Position numbers and translations under genes: made by a program. The notes beneath the pieces are model-generated. The model was not told the origin of the DNA. It saw only the letters and a program-made list of their open reading frames with translations, and ran no database searches. From the NCBI GenBank assembly GCA_045807245.1, contig JBJMHS010000067.1, positions 1 to 53,181 on the forward strand: a stretch of 53,181 nt of DNA, written 5' to 3'. This document shows, piece by piece, positions 20,531 to 30,179 of the stretch. This DNA is from Actinomycetales bacterium. GTDB lineage: Bacteria > Actinomycetota > Actinomycetes > Actinomycetales > CAVURS01. Every line of letters begins with the position of its first letter. The stretch's first letter is position 1.

Positions 20531-21451
20531 GTGCAGGACCCACGCGGGCTCTTCGACCTGGAGACGGAGCGGACGGACTTCGGTGCGCCCGTGCTGCTGT
20601 ACTCCCTGGGCGGGTTCGTCGACGCCGGCAGTGCCGGGCGGCTGCTCGCCGACCACCTGGTCGAGTCCCTCGAGCACGAGCTGGTCGCGACGTTCGACAT
20701 GGACCAGCTGCTCGACTACCGCGGCCGCCGGCCGGCCATGACGTTCTCGCGGGACCACTGGTCCGAGTTCTCCGACCCCTTCCTGCAGCTGTACGTCCTG
20801 CGCGACCAGTCCGGTCAGGAGTTCCTTCTGCTGCAAGGGCCCGAGCCGGACTTCCAGTGGGAGCGGTTCGCCGAGGCAGTGCGTCTGCTGGTCGAGCGGT
20901 TCGGCGTGCGGATGGCCGTGACCTTCCACGGCATACCGATGGCGGTGCCGCACACCCGCCCGCTCGGCGTGACGGCCCACGCCTCGGACCCGACGGTGAT
21001 CGCCGGCAACGAGGCCTGGATGGGCGAGGTCCTGGTCCCGGGCAGCGCCTCCGCCCTGCTCGAGTTCCGGCTCGGTCAGGCCGGTCATGTCGCCGCCGGG
21101 TTCGCGATCCACGTGCCGCACTACCTGTCCCAGGCGGACTTCCAGGACGCGGCTCTCGTTGCGCTGCGGTCGGTCTCGGCGCTGACCGGCCTTTCCCTCC
21201 CGGACGCCGCGCTCGAGGAAGCGGCCGAGCGGACCCGCGCCGACATCATCCGGGAGGTGGGCGACTCCGAGGAGGTCGCGCGCGTCGTCGAGGCACTCGA
21301 GCAGCAGTACGACCGCTTCCTCGAGGGCCGCGACCACCAGAGCCTGCTCGCCGGCGAGGAGGGCGACCTGCCCAGCGCGGACGAGCTGGGCGCGGCCTTC
21401 GAGCAGTTCCTCGCCGAGCAGACCGATGACGGGCCCGCGCCCCCGCGCTAG
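20531..21451 (+). CDS. PAC2 family (proteasome assembly chaperone-like) protein
   Basis: GFVDAGSAG, LLDYRGRRP, GPEPDFQWE, PMAVPHTRP, HVPHYL, LEQQYD. Confidence 0.9.
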   Translation: MQDPRGLFDLETERTDFGAPVLLYSLGGFVDAGSAGRLLADHLVESLEHELVATFDMDQLLDYRGRRPAMTFSRDHWSEFSDPFLQLYVLRDQSGQEFLLLQGPEPDFQWERFAEAVRLLVERFGVRMAVTFHGIPMAVPHTRPLGVTAHASDPTVIAGNEAWMGEVLVPGSASALLEFRLGQAGHVAAGFAIHVPHYLSQADFQDAALVALRSVSALTGLSLPDAALEEAAERTRADIIREVGDSEEVARVVEALEQQYDRFLEGRDHQSLLAGEEGDLPSADELGAAFEQFLAEQTDDGPAPPR

Positions 21452-21459
21452 GTTGGCGC

Positions 21460-22638
21460 ATGCGCGCGTACCGGGCGGACGTTGCCTTTGACGGTGAGCG
21501 CGAGATCGCAGGCGGGGCAGTCGTTTTCGTCGACGGCGCCACGATCGTGGGGGTCGAGCCCGGTACGGCGGCCGCCCCGGATGGGTGCCCCGTCACCTAC
21601 CGGCCCGGTACGACGTTGCTGCCAGGGCTGGTCGACGCGCACGTCCACCTGTGCGCGGACAGCACGCCGACGGCGCTCGAGCAGCTGCCACGGCTCAGCG
21701 AGGAGCAGCTCGACGACATCGTGGCCCACTCCAGGCAGGTCGAGCTGGCAGCCGGCGTGACCACGGTCCGAGACCTGGGCGACCACGAGTGGACGGTGGT
21801 CGAGCGCCACCGCAACCACCCGGATGGTCCGAACGTGCTCGCGTCCGGACCTCCGATCACCTCCGTGGGCGGGCACTGCGCGCACATGGGGGGCGCTGTG
21901 TCCGGCATCGAGGCGTTGCGTTCGGCGGTGGCCGAGCGGGCCGAGCGCGGCGCCGACGCGGTCAAGGTCATGACCAGCGGCGGGCTGACCACCGGCACCG
22001 AGGTGCTGGCCTGCCAGTTCACCCTCCGCGAGCTCCGAGCCGTCGTCGAGGAGTCCCACCGGCTCGGGCTGCCCGTCGCCGCCCACGCGCACGCCCTGAC
22101 CGCCGTCGAGATGTGCGTCGAGGCGGGCGTGGACACCATCGAGCACTGCAGCGGGATGACCGCCGAGGGCTTGCGGATGCCGCCCGAGCTGGCCGACCGG
22201 ATCGCCGAGGCCGGCATCGTCGTCTCCCCGACGATGGGCACGCGCCTACGCGGTGACCCGCCGCCCCACATCAAAGCCCTGCTGGAACGCACCGGCATCC
22301 GGCTCGAGGACCGCATCCCGCTCGTCGGGGTCCTCATCCGGGCCGGCGTCACGATCATCAACGGGGGTGACTCGGGCATCAACCCGGCCAAGCCCCACGG
22401 CCTCCTCCCGGTGTCGGTGGCCGAGCTGGTGGAGGCGGGGATGACTCCGGCCCAGGCGCTGGCGTCAGCGACGAGCGTGGCGACCGACGCCATCGGGCTG
22501 GGGGGCCGGACCGGCCGGCTCCGCCGCGGGATGGACGCCGACCTCGTCCTCGTCGACGGAAACCCGTTGCAGGACATCGGTGCCCTGCACGACGTACGGA
22601 CCGTCGTCTCGCGCGGCCGTGAGGTACCGACCGGGTGA
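21460..22638 (+). CDS. Metal-dependent amidohydrolase
   Basis: PGLVDAHVHL, GVTTVRDLG, VAAHAH, DTIEH, GMDADLVLVDGNPL. Confidence 0.88.
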   Translation: MRAYRADVAFDGEREIAGGAVVFVDGATIVGVEPGTAAAPDGCPVTYRPGTTLLPGLVDAHVHLCADSTPTALEQLPRLSEEQLDDIVAHSRQVELAAGVTTVRDLGDHEWTVVERHRNHPDGPNVLASGPPITSVGGHCAHMGGAVSGIEALRSAVAERAERGADAVKVMTSGGLTTGTEVLACQFTLRELRAVVEESHRLGLPVAAHAHALTAVEMCVEAGVDTIEHCSGMTAEGLRMPPELADRIAEAGIVVSPTMGTRLRGDPPPHIKALLERTGIRLEDRIPLVGVLIRAGVTIINGGDSGINPAKPHGLLPVSVAELVEAGMTPAQALASATSVATDAIGLGGRTGRLRRGMDADLVLVDGNPLQDIGALHDVRTVVSRGREVPTG

Positions 22639-22675
22639 CGGAGCGTCGGCCGGCAGCACTGACAGACTGGCCGCC

Positions 22676-23713
22676 ATGGACATCTTCCCGACGTTCGTGC
22701 CGGCCGCCGACCGCTACGGCTCGATGACCTACCGCCGCAGTGGCCGCAGCGGTCTGCAGCTGCCGGCGGTGTCGCTCGGCTTCTGGCACAACTTCGGCGA
22801 CGACATGCCACTCGAGCGGCAGCGCGCGATCGTGCGCCGGGCCATAGACCTCGGCATCACCCACCTGGACCTGGCCAACAACTACGGACCGCCGTACGGT
22901 GCCGCCGAGCGCAACTTCGGCAACCTCATGCAGCAGGACCTGCGGCCGCTGCGCGACGAGCTGGTCATCTCGTCGAAGGCGGGCTACGACATGTGGCCCG
23001 GACCGTACGGCGAGTGGGGGTCGCGCAAGTACCTGCTCGCGTCGCTGGACCAGTCACTGGCCCGGATGGGTCTGGAGTACGTCGACATCTTCTACTCGCA
23101 CCGGTTTGACCCCGAGACTCCGCTCGAGGAGACGATGGGCGCCCTGGCGTCGGCGGTGCACTCCGGCAAGGCGCTGTACGCCGGCATCTCGTCGTACTCG
23201 CCGGAACGGACGAGCGAGGCGGCTGCTCTGCTGCGCGACATGGGCGTACCGCTGCTGATCCACCAACCGTCGTACTCGATGCTGAACCGCTGGATCGAGG
23301 ACGGCCTGCTCGACGTACTCGAGGAGGAGGGTGTCGGCTGCATCGCCTTCTCGCCACTGGCCCAGGGCATGCTGACCGACCGGTACCTGAACGGCATACC
23401 TTCGGACTCCCGTGCGGCACAAGGGAAGTCGCTGTCGCCAGACCTGCTGACCGACGCGGCACTCCGGCATATCCGCAGCCTGAACGACCTCGCGTCTCGT
23501 CGTGGTCAGAGCCTGGCTCAGCTCGCGCTGGCCTGGGCCCTGCGTGATCCGCGAGTGACGAGCGTCCTCATCGGGGCCAGCAGCGTCCGGCAGCTCGAAG
23601 CCAACGTCGCCGCGCTGGACAACCTCGAGATCACTGCCGAGGAGCTCGCGGCGATCGACCAGGACGCGGTCGACTCGGGCATCAACCTGTGGGCGCGCTC
23701 GAGCGCTGACTAG
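22676..23713 (+). CDS. mgrA: Aldo/keto reductase (L-glyceraldehyde 3-phosphate reductase-like)
   Basis: SLGFWHNFG, DLANNYGPPYG, SSKAGYDMWPGPYG, DIFYSHRFD, HQPSYSM. Confidence 0.88.
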   Translation: MDIFPTFVPAADRYGSMTYRRSGRSGLQLPAVSLGFWHNFGDDMPLERQRAIVRRAIDLGITHLDLANNYGPPYGAAERNFGNLMQQDLRPLRDELVISSKAGYDMWPGPYGEWGSRKYLLASLDQSLARMGLEYVDIFYSHRFDPETPLEETMGALASAVHSGKALYAGISSYSPERTSEAAALLRDMGVPLLIHQPSYSMLNRWIEDGLLDVLEEEGVGCIAFSPLAQGMLTDRYLNGIPSDSRAAQGKSLSPDLLTDAALRHIRSLNDLASRRGQSLAQLALAWALRDPRVTSVLIGASSVRQLEANVAALDNLEITAEELAAIDQDAVDSGINLWARSSAD

Positions 23714-23716
23714 CGC

Positions 23717-25177
23717 TCAGGCGGGGTCGGCGGCCGGCTCGGTGAGGGGCAGGTAGACCTTGAACCGCGTGTCGCCCGGAGTGGACTCCACCCGCAGGTC
23801 GCCTCGGTGCCGCTGCACGACGATGCGGTAGGTGATGTCGAGCCCCAGGCCGGTGCCCTCACCGACCGGCTTGGTCGTGAAGAAGGGCTCGAAGATCCGC
23901 TTGAGGTTCTCGGCCGGCACGCCTACACCGGTGTCGCAGACCTCGACCAGGACGTGGTCGTGGTCGAGGGACGTCCGCAGCGTGAGTGTCCCCTGGCCCT
24001 GGACACCGCCCATCGCCCCGATGGCGTTGTCGATGAGGTTGGTCCACACCTGGTTGAGCTCCGCCGGGTAGGCCGGGATGTCGGGCAGCCCTTCGGCGTA
24101 GTCCTTGACGACGGTGATGCCGCCGCCCTTGAACTTGCCGCTCATCATCACCAGCGTGCTGTCCAGCCCGTCCCGGACGTCGATGTCCTGGTGCGCGGCC
24201 CGGTCGAGCTGGGAGTACTGCTTGGCGGCCCCGATGAGGGAGGAGATCCGGTGGGTCGAGTCCTCGATCTCGCGCATGAGCATCTCGGTCTCCAGGGTGT
24301 ACGTGATCCAGCGCAGCCCGCCCTCGAGATGGCCGGCGGGCACCTCGGCGACGACGCGGTCGAGCCAGGCCGGGCCGATGCCGGCCCCGCTGAGCGTCTC
24401 GGCCAGCTCCCAGCCGTTGCGCTGGCCGTGCTCGTCCAGCCAGTCGGCCACCTGCTCCTCGGCGTCGCTCGCCTCGATGGGCGTCCGTTTGGGCGCCTTG
24501 GCCAGCAGCTCCACCGCCTCCTCCTGGAGGGACGCGAGCTTGATCAGGTCCTCGGCGTTCAGCCGGCCGTCGGCCAGGCTGGCCAGCTTGTGCCGCATCA
24601 TCGCGACCCGCTCGCGCAACGAGGACGTGGCCCGGACAGCGGCCGCGGCCGGGTTGTTCAGCTCATGGGTCAGGCCGGCCGTGAGGCGACCCAGCCCGAG
24701 CAGCCGCTCGCGCTGACCGACGATGGCCTGGCTGTTGCGGAGCCCGACGAACAGGCCCTCGAGCAGGTGCATCGCCATCGGGAACCACTCGCGCACCTTG
24801 GTACCGAACAGGTCCGCGGGCAGGACGAAGAAGCTCGCGTCGGTCAGGGCGTACATCGAGCCGGTGTAGGGCATGGGCTCCGTCATCGAGACGTACGCCT
24901 GCGTCGCGCCGCCGTACACACCTCGCTGCTCGGTGCGGGTGATCTCGACGTCCTCACCCTCCACCTTGCGGCGCAACACGATCATGCCTTCGAGCAGGAC
25001 GTAGAAGCAGGTCGCGTCGTCCCCCTCGGCGAACACCACCTCGCCCGCGGCGCGGTGCTCGACCCGCCCGTTCTGGGCGAGCCAGGCGATCTTGTCGGGG
25101 TCGAGCGACTCGAACAGGAACAAGGTCCTGATCTGGTCGGCCGGCAACAGCTCGGAGGCCGCCTCGGACATCGTCAT
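23717..25177 (-). CDS. Soluble sensor histidine kinase with N-terminal cNMP-binding domain
   Basis: cNMP-type N-terminus (VFAEGDDATCFYVLLEG), H-box LTHELNNP, N-box NLIDNA, DTGVG, FFTTKPVGEGTGLGL. Confidence 0.9.
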   Translation of the reverse strand: MTMSEAASELLPADQIRTLFLFESLDPDKIAWLAQNGRVEHRAAGEVVFAEGDDATCFYVLLEGMIVLRRKVEGEDVEITRTEQRGVYGGATQAYVSMTEPMPYTGSMYALTDASFFVLPADLFGTKVREWFPMAMHLLEGLFVGLRNSQAIVGQRERLLGLGRLTAGLTHELNNPAAAAVRATSSLRERVAMMRHKLASLADGRLNAEDLIKLASLQEEAVELLAKAPKRTPIEASDAEEQVADWLDEHGQRNGWELAETLSGAGIGPAWLDRVVAEVPAGHLEGGLRWITYTLETEMLMREIEDSTHRISSLIGAAKQYSQLDRAAHQDIDVRDGLDSTLVMMSGKFKGGGITVVKDYAEGLPDIPAYPAELNQVWTNLIDNAIGAMGGVQGQGTLTLRTSLDHDHVLVEVCDTGVGVPAENLKRIFEPFFTTKPVGEGTGLGLDITYRIVVQRHRGDLRVESTPGDTRFKVYLPLTEPAADPA

Positions 25178-26856
25178 CGTCCTTCCAGGTACTGATGCAC
25201 CAGCGTCACGGCGAGGGCCCCCTCGCCCACGGCCGACGCGACCCGTTTCACCGACTGGGCCCGTACGTCCCCGGCGACGAACAGCCCCGGAAGGCTGGTC
25301 TCCAGCAGGTAGGGGTCGCGGTCCAGCGTCCAGCCGCGCGGCGGCCGGCCGTCGACCACCAGGTCCCGACCCGTCACCACGAACCCGTCCTTGTCCTTCA
25401 CGACCTGCTCCGGGAGCCAGCTCGTCTCAGGTTGGGCTCCGATGAAGATGAACAAGTGACTGGCCTTGACGTCTTCCCGGGCGCCGGTCGCGTCGTCGAC
25501 CAGGGTGAGCAGCTCGAGGTGGTCGTCGCCGGCGCAGGTCTCGACCCGGGTGCAGAGCCGGACCTCGATGTTGGACTGAGCGCGCACCTGGTCGATCAGG
25601 TACTGGGACATCGAGCGCTCGAGGTCCGCGCCCCGGACGACGAGCTGGACCTTGGACGCGTGCCGGGCGAAGAACATCGCTGCCTGCCCTGCGGAGTTGG
25701 CGCCGCCGACCACGACGACCTGCTGGCCCGCGCACGACGGTCCCTCGGTGGCCGCCGAGCCGTAGTACACGCCGCGCCCGACCAGGGTGTCCGCGCCGTC
25801 GGCCGGGAGGGCGCGGTAGGCCACGCCGGTGGCCAGGACGACGGCGTGGGAGGCGACCTCGCCGCCGTCGGCGAAGGTCACGACCCGGCTGGGGCCGCGG
25901 GCCTCGATGCCCGTGACCTCGCGCGCTGTGAGCACCTCGGCGCCGAACTTCACGGCCTGGCGCTGGGCCCGGTCGGTGAGCTGCCCCCCGGACACGCCGT
26001 CGGGGAAGCCCAGGTAGTTCTCGATCCGGCTGCTCTGCCCGGCCTGCCCGCCCGTCGCCGAGCGGTCGATGAGCACGGTCCGCAGCCCCTCGGAGGCGCC
26101 GTACACCGCCGCGCCGAGGCCGGCCGGCCCGCCACCGATGATGACCAGGTCGTAGAAGTCGCCCGACGGCGTGGTGCTGAGCCCGATGGTGTCCGCCACC
26201 TCGCTGATGGAGGGTGCCTTGAGCACGACGCCGTCGGGGGCGATGACGAGCGGTACGTCGGCCTGGGTGGCGTCCGACGCGGACAGGAGGCGCTGGCCGG
26301 GCGGCTCGTCCGCGGCGTACCAGCGGTAGGGGACCGAGCTGCGGGCCAGGAAGTCCCGGATGACGTAGGACGGTGCGGACCAGTGGTGCCCGACGACCTT
26401 GGTCTCGGGCACGGCGCTGTCGCCGGTCGAGCGCCACGCCTCGATGAGCTCGTCCACGACGGGGTAGAGCTTCTCCTCGGGTGGCTCCCAGGGCTTGAGC
26501 AGGTACTGGTCGACGTCGACGACGTTGATGGCCTGGATCGCGGCGTCGGTGTCGGCGTAGGCCGTCAGCAGCGCGCGGCGGGCCTGCGGGAACAGGTCCA
26601 TCGCGGTCTCCAGGAAGTCGATGCCGTTCATGTGCGGCATCCGGTAGTCGGCCAGGATCGCCGCGACCCGGTCACCTCGGCGCAGGATCTCCTTCAGTGC
26701 CTCGATGCCGTCCGAGCCGGACTCGGCCCGCACGACCCGGAACTCCTCGCCGTAACGACGGCGCAGGTCGCGGGCCACGGCGCGCGACACGGACGGGTCG
26801 TCGTCCACCGTCATGAGCACCGGCCGTGCTGTTGCAGCTGTTTCGACGTCGGTCAC
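25174..26856 (-). CDS. Response-regulator receiver fused to a thioredoxin-reductase-like flavoprotein
   Basis: REC motifs (VDDD, LADYRMP, LLTAY, LLKPW), then IIGGGPAG, VVGGANSAGQ, FVAGDVR. GAGGAG RBS before GTG 26856; ATGA overlap with the kinase. Confidence 0.9.
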   Translation of the reverse strand: MTDVETAATARPVLMTVDDDPSVSRAVARDLRRRYGEEFRVVRAESGSDGIEALKEILRRGDRVAAILADYRMPHMNGIDFLETAMDLFPQARRALLTAYADTDAAIQAINVVDVDQYLLKPWEPPEEKLYPVVDELIEAWRSTGDSAVPETKVVGHHWSAPSYVIRDFLARSSVPYRWYAADEPPGQRLLSASDATQADVPLVIAPDGVVLKAPSISEVADTIGLSTTPSGDFYDLVIIGGGPAGLGAAVYGASEGLRTVLIDRSATGGQAGQSSRIENYLGFPDGVSGGQLTDRAQRQAVKFGAEVLTAREVTGIEARGPSRVVTFADGGEVASHAVVLATGVAYRALPADGADTLVGRGVYYGSAATEGPSCAGQQVVVVGGANSAGQAAMFFARHASKVQLVVRGADLERSMSQYLIDQVRAQSNIEVRLCTRVETCAGDDHLELLTLVDDATGAREDVKASHLFIFIGAQPETSWLPEQVVKDKDGFVVTGRDLVVDGRPPRGWTLDRDPYLLETSLPGLFVAGDVRAQSVKRVASAVGEGALAVTLVHQYLEGR

Positions 26857-26935
26857 CTGTAGCTCCTCGCCTGGTACGTCGCTCAGTCTGTCAGCCCGGT
26901 CGGGGGCCGTCGTAACCGCTTGGGATGATCGGTGA

Positions 26936-28318
26936 GTGACCGGAGCCGGTGCGTCGCGCCGCGCCTGGTTGGTGTGGGGGGCGGGGCTCGCGGCGTACGT
27001 CGTGGCGGTGCTCCAGCGCACGTCGCTCGGGGTCGCGGGGCTGGACGCGTCGAAGCGGTTCGACGCTTCGGCCAGCGTGCTGGCGACGTTCGCCGTCCTG
27101 CAGCTGCTCGTCTACGCCGGCCTGCAGATCCCGGTCGGGGTGTCGGTCGACCGCGTCGGCCCACGCCGGCTGATCGCGACCGGGGCCATGGTCATGGCGC
27201 TGGGCCAGATCCTGCTCGCGGTCACGCACACACTCGGGCTGGCCATCCTGGCCCGGGCTCTGGTCGGTGCGGGCGACGCGATGACGTTCGTGAGCGTGCT
27301 GCGGCTCGTGACGGCCTGGTTCCCGCCGCGTCGGGTGCCGATCGTGACGCAGCTCACCGGCATGGTGGGTCAGCTCGGTCAGGTGCTCAGTGCGGTGCCG
27401 CTCGTGGCGCTGCTGCACCAGTGGGGCTGGACCGCCGCGTACCTGTCGATCGCGTCGGCCGGTGTCCTGGCTGGGGTCTTGGCGGTGATCGGGATACGTG
27501 ACGCCCCACCGGGATCCGCGCCGCCGGTGACGGCGATCGGCGTGCGTCAGGTGCTCGGGCAGCTGCGGGAGGCGTGGCAGCACCCGGGCACGCGGCTGGG
27601 CCTGTGGACGCACTTCAGCACGCAGTTCTCAGGGACGGTGTTCGCGCTGCTCTGGGGCTTCCCGTTCCTCGTGTCGGCCGAGGGGTTGTCGATTCCGGAC
27701 GCTGGCGAGCTCATGACGCTGCTGGTCTTCACGTCCCTGCTCGCGGGGCCGTTGTTCGGCCGGTTTGTCGCGCTGCATCCGCTGCGGCGCTCATGGCTGG
27801 TGCTCGCCATCATCGGCGTCACGGTCCTGGCGTGGACGGCCGTGCTGGCCTGGCCGGGACGGGCGCCGCTCGGACTGCTCGTGCTCCTCGTGCTGGTGCT
27901 GGCGGTCGGTGGACCGGGGTCCATGGTCGGGTTCGACTTCGCGCGCAGCTTCAACCCACCCGCCCGGCTCGGGACGGCAACGGGCATCGTCAACATCGGC
28001 GGCTTCGTGGCGTCGTTGCTGACCATGTTCGCGGTGGGTGTCGTACTGGATCTCTTTGCGCCCGGCGGCGGAACCGGTGCCGGTGGGCCGCGGGCCTACC
28101 CGTTGTCCGCTTTCCGCGCCGGCTGGTCGGTCCAGTACGTCGCGTGGGCGATCGGCGTCGTCGGCATCCTGCGTACTCGGCGGCTGGTGCGGCGTCGCAT
28201 GGCCGAGGCGGGTGTCGTCGTCCCGCCCATCCGCGAGGCCATCGCCCGCGAGCGCAACGCCCGCCGGGCCCGCCGTACCGCCGCTCGAGGTCCCGGCGAC
28301 GACCGCCCAGACGGCTGA
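26936..28318 (+). CDS. MFS transporter
   Basis: About 12 hydrophobic segments; motif A (GVSVDRVGPRR). Confidence 0.9.
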   Translation: MTGAGASRRAWLVWGAGLAAYVVAVLQRTSLGVAGLDASKRFDASASVLATFAVLQLLVYAGLQIPVGVSVDRVGPRRLIATGAMVMALGQILLAVTHTLGLAILARALVGAGDAMTFVSVLRLVTAWFPPRRVPIVTQLTGMVGQLGQVLSAVPLVALLHQWGWTAAYLSIASAGVLAGVLAVIGIRDAPPGSAPPVTAIGVRQVLGQLREAWQHPGTRLGLWTHFSTQFSGTVFALLWGFPFLVSAEGLSIPDAGELMTLLVFTSLLAGPLFGRFVALHPLRRSWLVLAIIGVTVLAWTAVLAWPGRAPLGLLVLLVLVLAVGGPGSMVGFDFARSFNPPARLGTATGIVNIGGFVASLLTMFAVGVVLDLFAPGGGTGAGGPRAYPLSAFRAGWSVQYVAWAIGVVGILRTRRLVRRRMAEAGVVVPPIREAIARERNARRARRTAARGPGDDRPDG

Positions 28319-28334
28319 GGCATCGGGGTCAGAG

Positions 28335-30179
28335 CTAGCCCTTGGCCTCGGACCAACGGCGGAGCAGGCGAAGGTCGGCGACGAAGCGCACGTGGCTGCC
28401 CGGGAACCACAGGCGCGCGGTCGACTCCAGTGTCGCCCCGACGATCTCGAGGCTGCGCTGCGCCGACTCCTCGGGTGACTGGACCAGCAGCTCGTCGTGC
28501 AGGCACAGCACGATCCGCGCACCGGTCTCACGCAGGGCCAGCCGGGCGGTCACGGCCCAGGCCTTGAACAGCTCAGCCGCCGCGCCCTGGATAAGGGCGT
28601 TGCGGGTGAAGCGCCCGCGGGCCGCCTGGGCCGCGCGCAGGTCGGCGGCGTCGCCCGGGATGGTCCACACCGGCACCCGACGACCGCCGTACGTCGTCAC
28701 GTTGCGCCCCTCGCGGCCGGCGAGCTCGGCCGCCTGCAGGGCCGCCAGCGCCTGCGGATACGCACGCTCCATCCGGCGCAGCGCCTGACCCGCTGCCCCC
28801 GACGTCTGCCCGTACATCGCAGCCAGCACCGCGACCTTCGCCACGGGGCGGTCGACGCCCAGCTGCGCGGCGACAGGCAGGTACAGGTCGTCGGCCTGGG
28901 TCGCCTCGACCAGGCCCGGGTCCTCGGAGACGGCGGCCAGCACCCGCGGCTCGATCTGGCCGAGGTCGGCCCGGACGAGGAGCTGGCCCGGCTCGGCCGC
29001 CACCGCACTGCGCAGCTCGGCCGGCAGGTTGTGCAGGCCCGCCTGGGCGGTCATCCGACCGGCGGCGCCGTCGCTCGCGTGCCAGGTGCCGCGCAGTCGG
29101 CCGTCCGGTCCGACGTCACGGTCCAGCCAGGTGTAGCCGTACGTCGTCTCGATGCGCTCGGCCTTGCGCCAGGTGAGCAGCGGCTCGACGACCGGATGAA
29201 CGCCGCGGAACGGCTCCAGCCGCCAGGAGCGGGTGTCGGCGACGTCTATGCCGACCTGGCGCAGGAGATCGCGCACCTGGGCCGGGTTGCGCAGGTCGGC
29301 CGTCAAGCCTGGAACCTGTTGCAACACAACGGCATCCCGGGCTCGGCGCTGCTCGGCCCGGCCCACGTCGTCGTCCGGGCGACCGCCGACCACGTCGCCG
29401 ATCAGGCGTTCGGCCTCGGCCCGGTCGACCGGCAGCCCGTGATGGCGCAGCTCCTCGGACAGCAGCGCGGCGGCCGACTCGGAGCGGGCGGTCGTGCGCG
29501 GGTCGCCGACCGCCGTACGCCGAGTTCTGTCCGCCCGACGCTCCGCGAACGCCTCGGAGAGCTGCGCCTTCTGCGCGGCGTACACCGTGAACGCGAGCTC
29601 GGCCAGCCGAGCCCCCCGACGGGCATCCGCCACCTCGGACAGGCAGTCGGGTGCCAGGTGCCCGTCCGCCCGCACCGGCCAGCCGTCCACGTCCTCGGAG
29701 GAGTCGCTCGCGGTGAGGTCCTCGTCGAGCAGCCCGAGCTGGCCGTCCGGCAGCCGGTTCCGGCCGGCCGGCGCCTCGTCCGGGTCCAACCCCCGAGCGC
29801 CGGCCCAGATCCGGGCGGGCGCATCGGCCGAGCCGCCGTGGATCAACCGGTGCACGGCGGCCAGGTCCCAGCAGGACGCCAGGTCGACGCCGTACTCCAC
29901 GAGGTCGCGGGCGGTCGCCGCTGCGGACCACCACACCCAGCGCGGTCCGAGCCGGGCCTCGACCGCGGCGACCAGCCGCGCCGCGTCGCGGTCACCCGAC
30001 GTGGCCCGGGTCCACGACAGCTCAGGCTGCGCAGACCGGTCACCGGCCGCCATCGCCACGCCACCCGGGTAGAGCACCAAGGCGACCGGCCGACCCGCGA
30101 CGACACCGGCGGCGGAGAGCGACCCGACCAGCGACTCGACCGACGGCTCGACCGACGGCCCTGCCGGGTCCGCAGTCAC
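28335..30179 (-). CDS. Family A DNA polymerase paralog (no 5'-3' nuclease; degenerate 3'-5' exo-like N-terminus)
   Basis: Motif A ADLGQIEPRVLA, motif B KVAVLAAMYG, NALIQGAAAE, motif C LHDELL. Confidence 0.88.
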   Translation of the reverse strand: MTADPAGPSVEPSVESLVGSLSAAGVVAGRPVALVLYPGGVAMAAGDRSAQPELSWTRATSGDRDAARLVAAVEARLGPRWVWWSAAATARDLVEYGVDLASCWDLAAVHRLIHGGSADAPARIWAGARGLDPDEAPAGRNRLPDGQLGLLDEDLTASDSSEDVDGWPVRADGHLAPDCLSEVADARRGARLAELAFTVYAAQKAQLSEAFAERRADRTRRTAVGDPRTTARSESAAALLSEELRHHGLPVDRAEAERLIGDVVGGRPDDDVGRAEQRRARDAVVLQQVPGLTADLRNPAQVRDLLRQVGIDVADTRSWRLEPFRGVHPVVEPLLTWRKAERIETTYGYTWLDRDVGPDGRLRGTWHASDGAAGRMTAQAGLHNLPAELRSAVAAEPGQLLVRADLGQIEPRVLAAVSEDPGLVEATQADDLYLPVAAQLGVDRPVAKVAVLAAMYGQTSGAAGQALRRMERAYPQALAALQAAELAGREGRNVTTYGGRRVPVWTIPGDAADLRAAQAARGRFTRNALIQGAAAELFKAWAVTARLALRETGARIVLCLHDELLVQSPEESAQRSLEIVGATLESTARLWFPGSHVRFVADLRLLRRWSEAKG

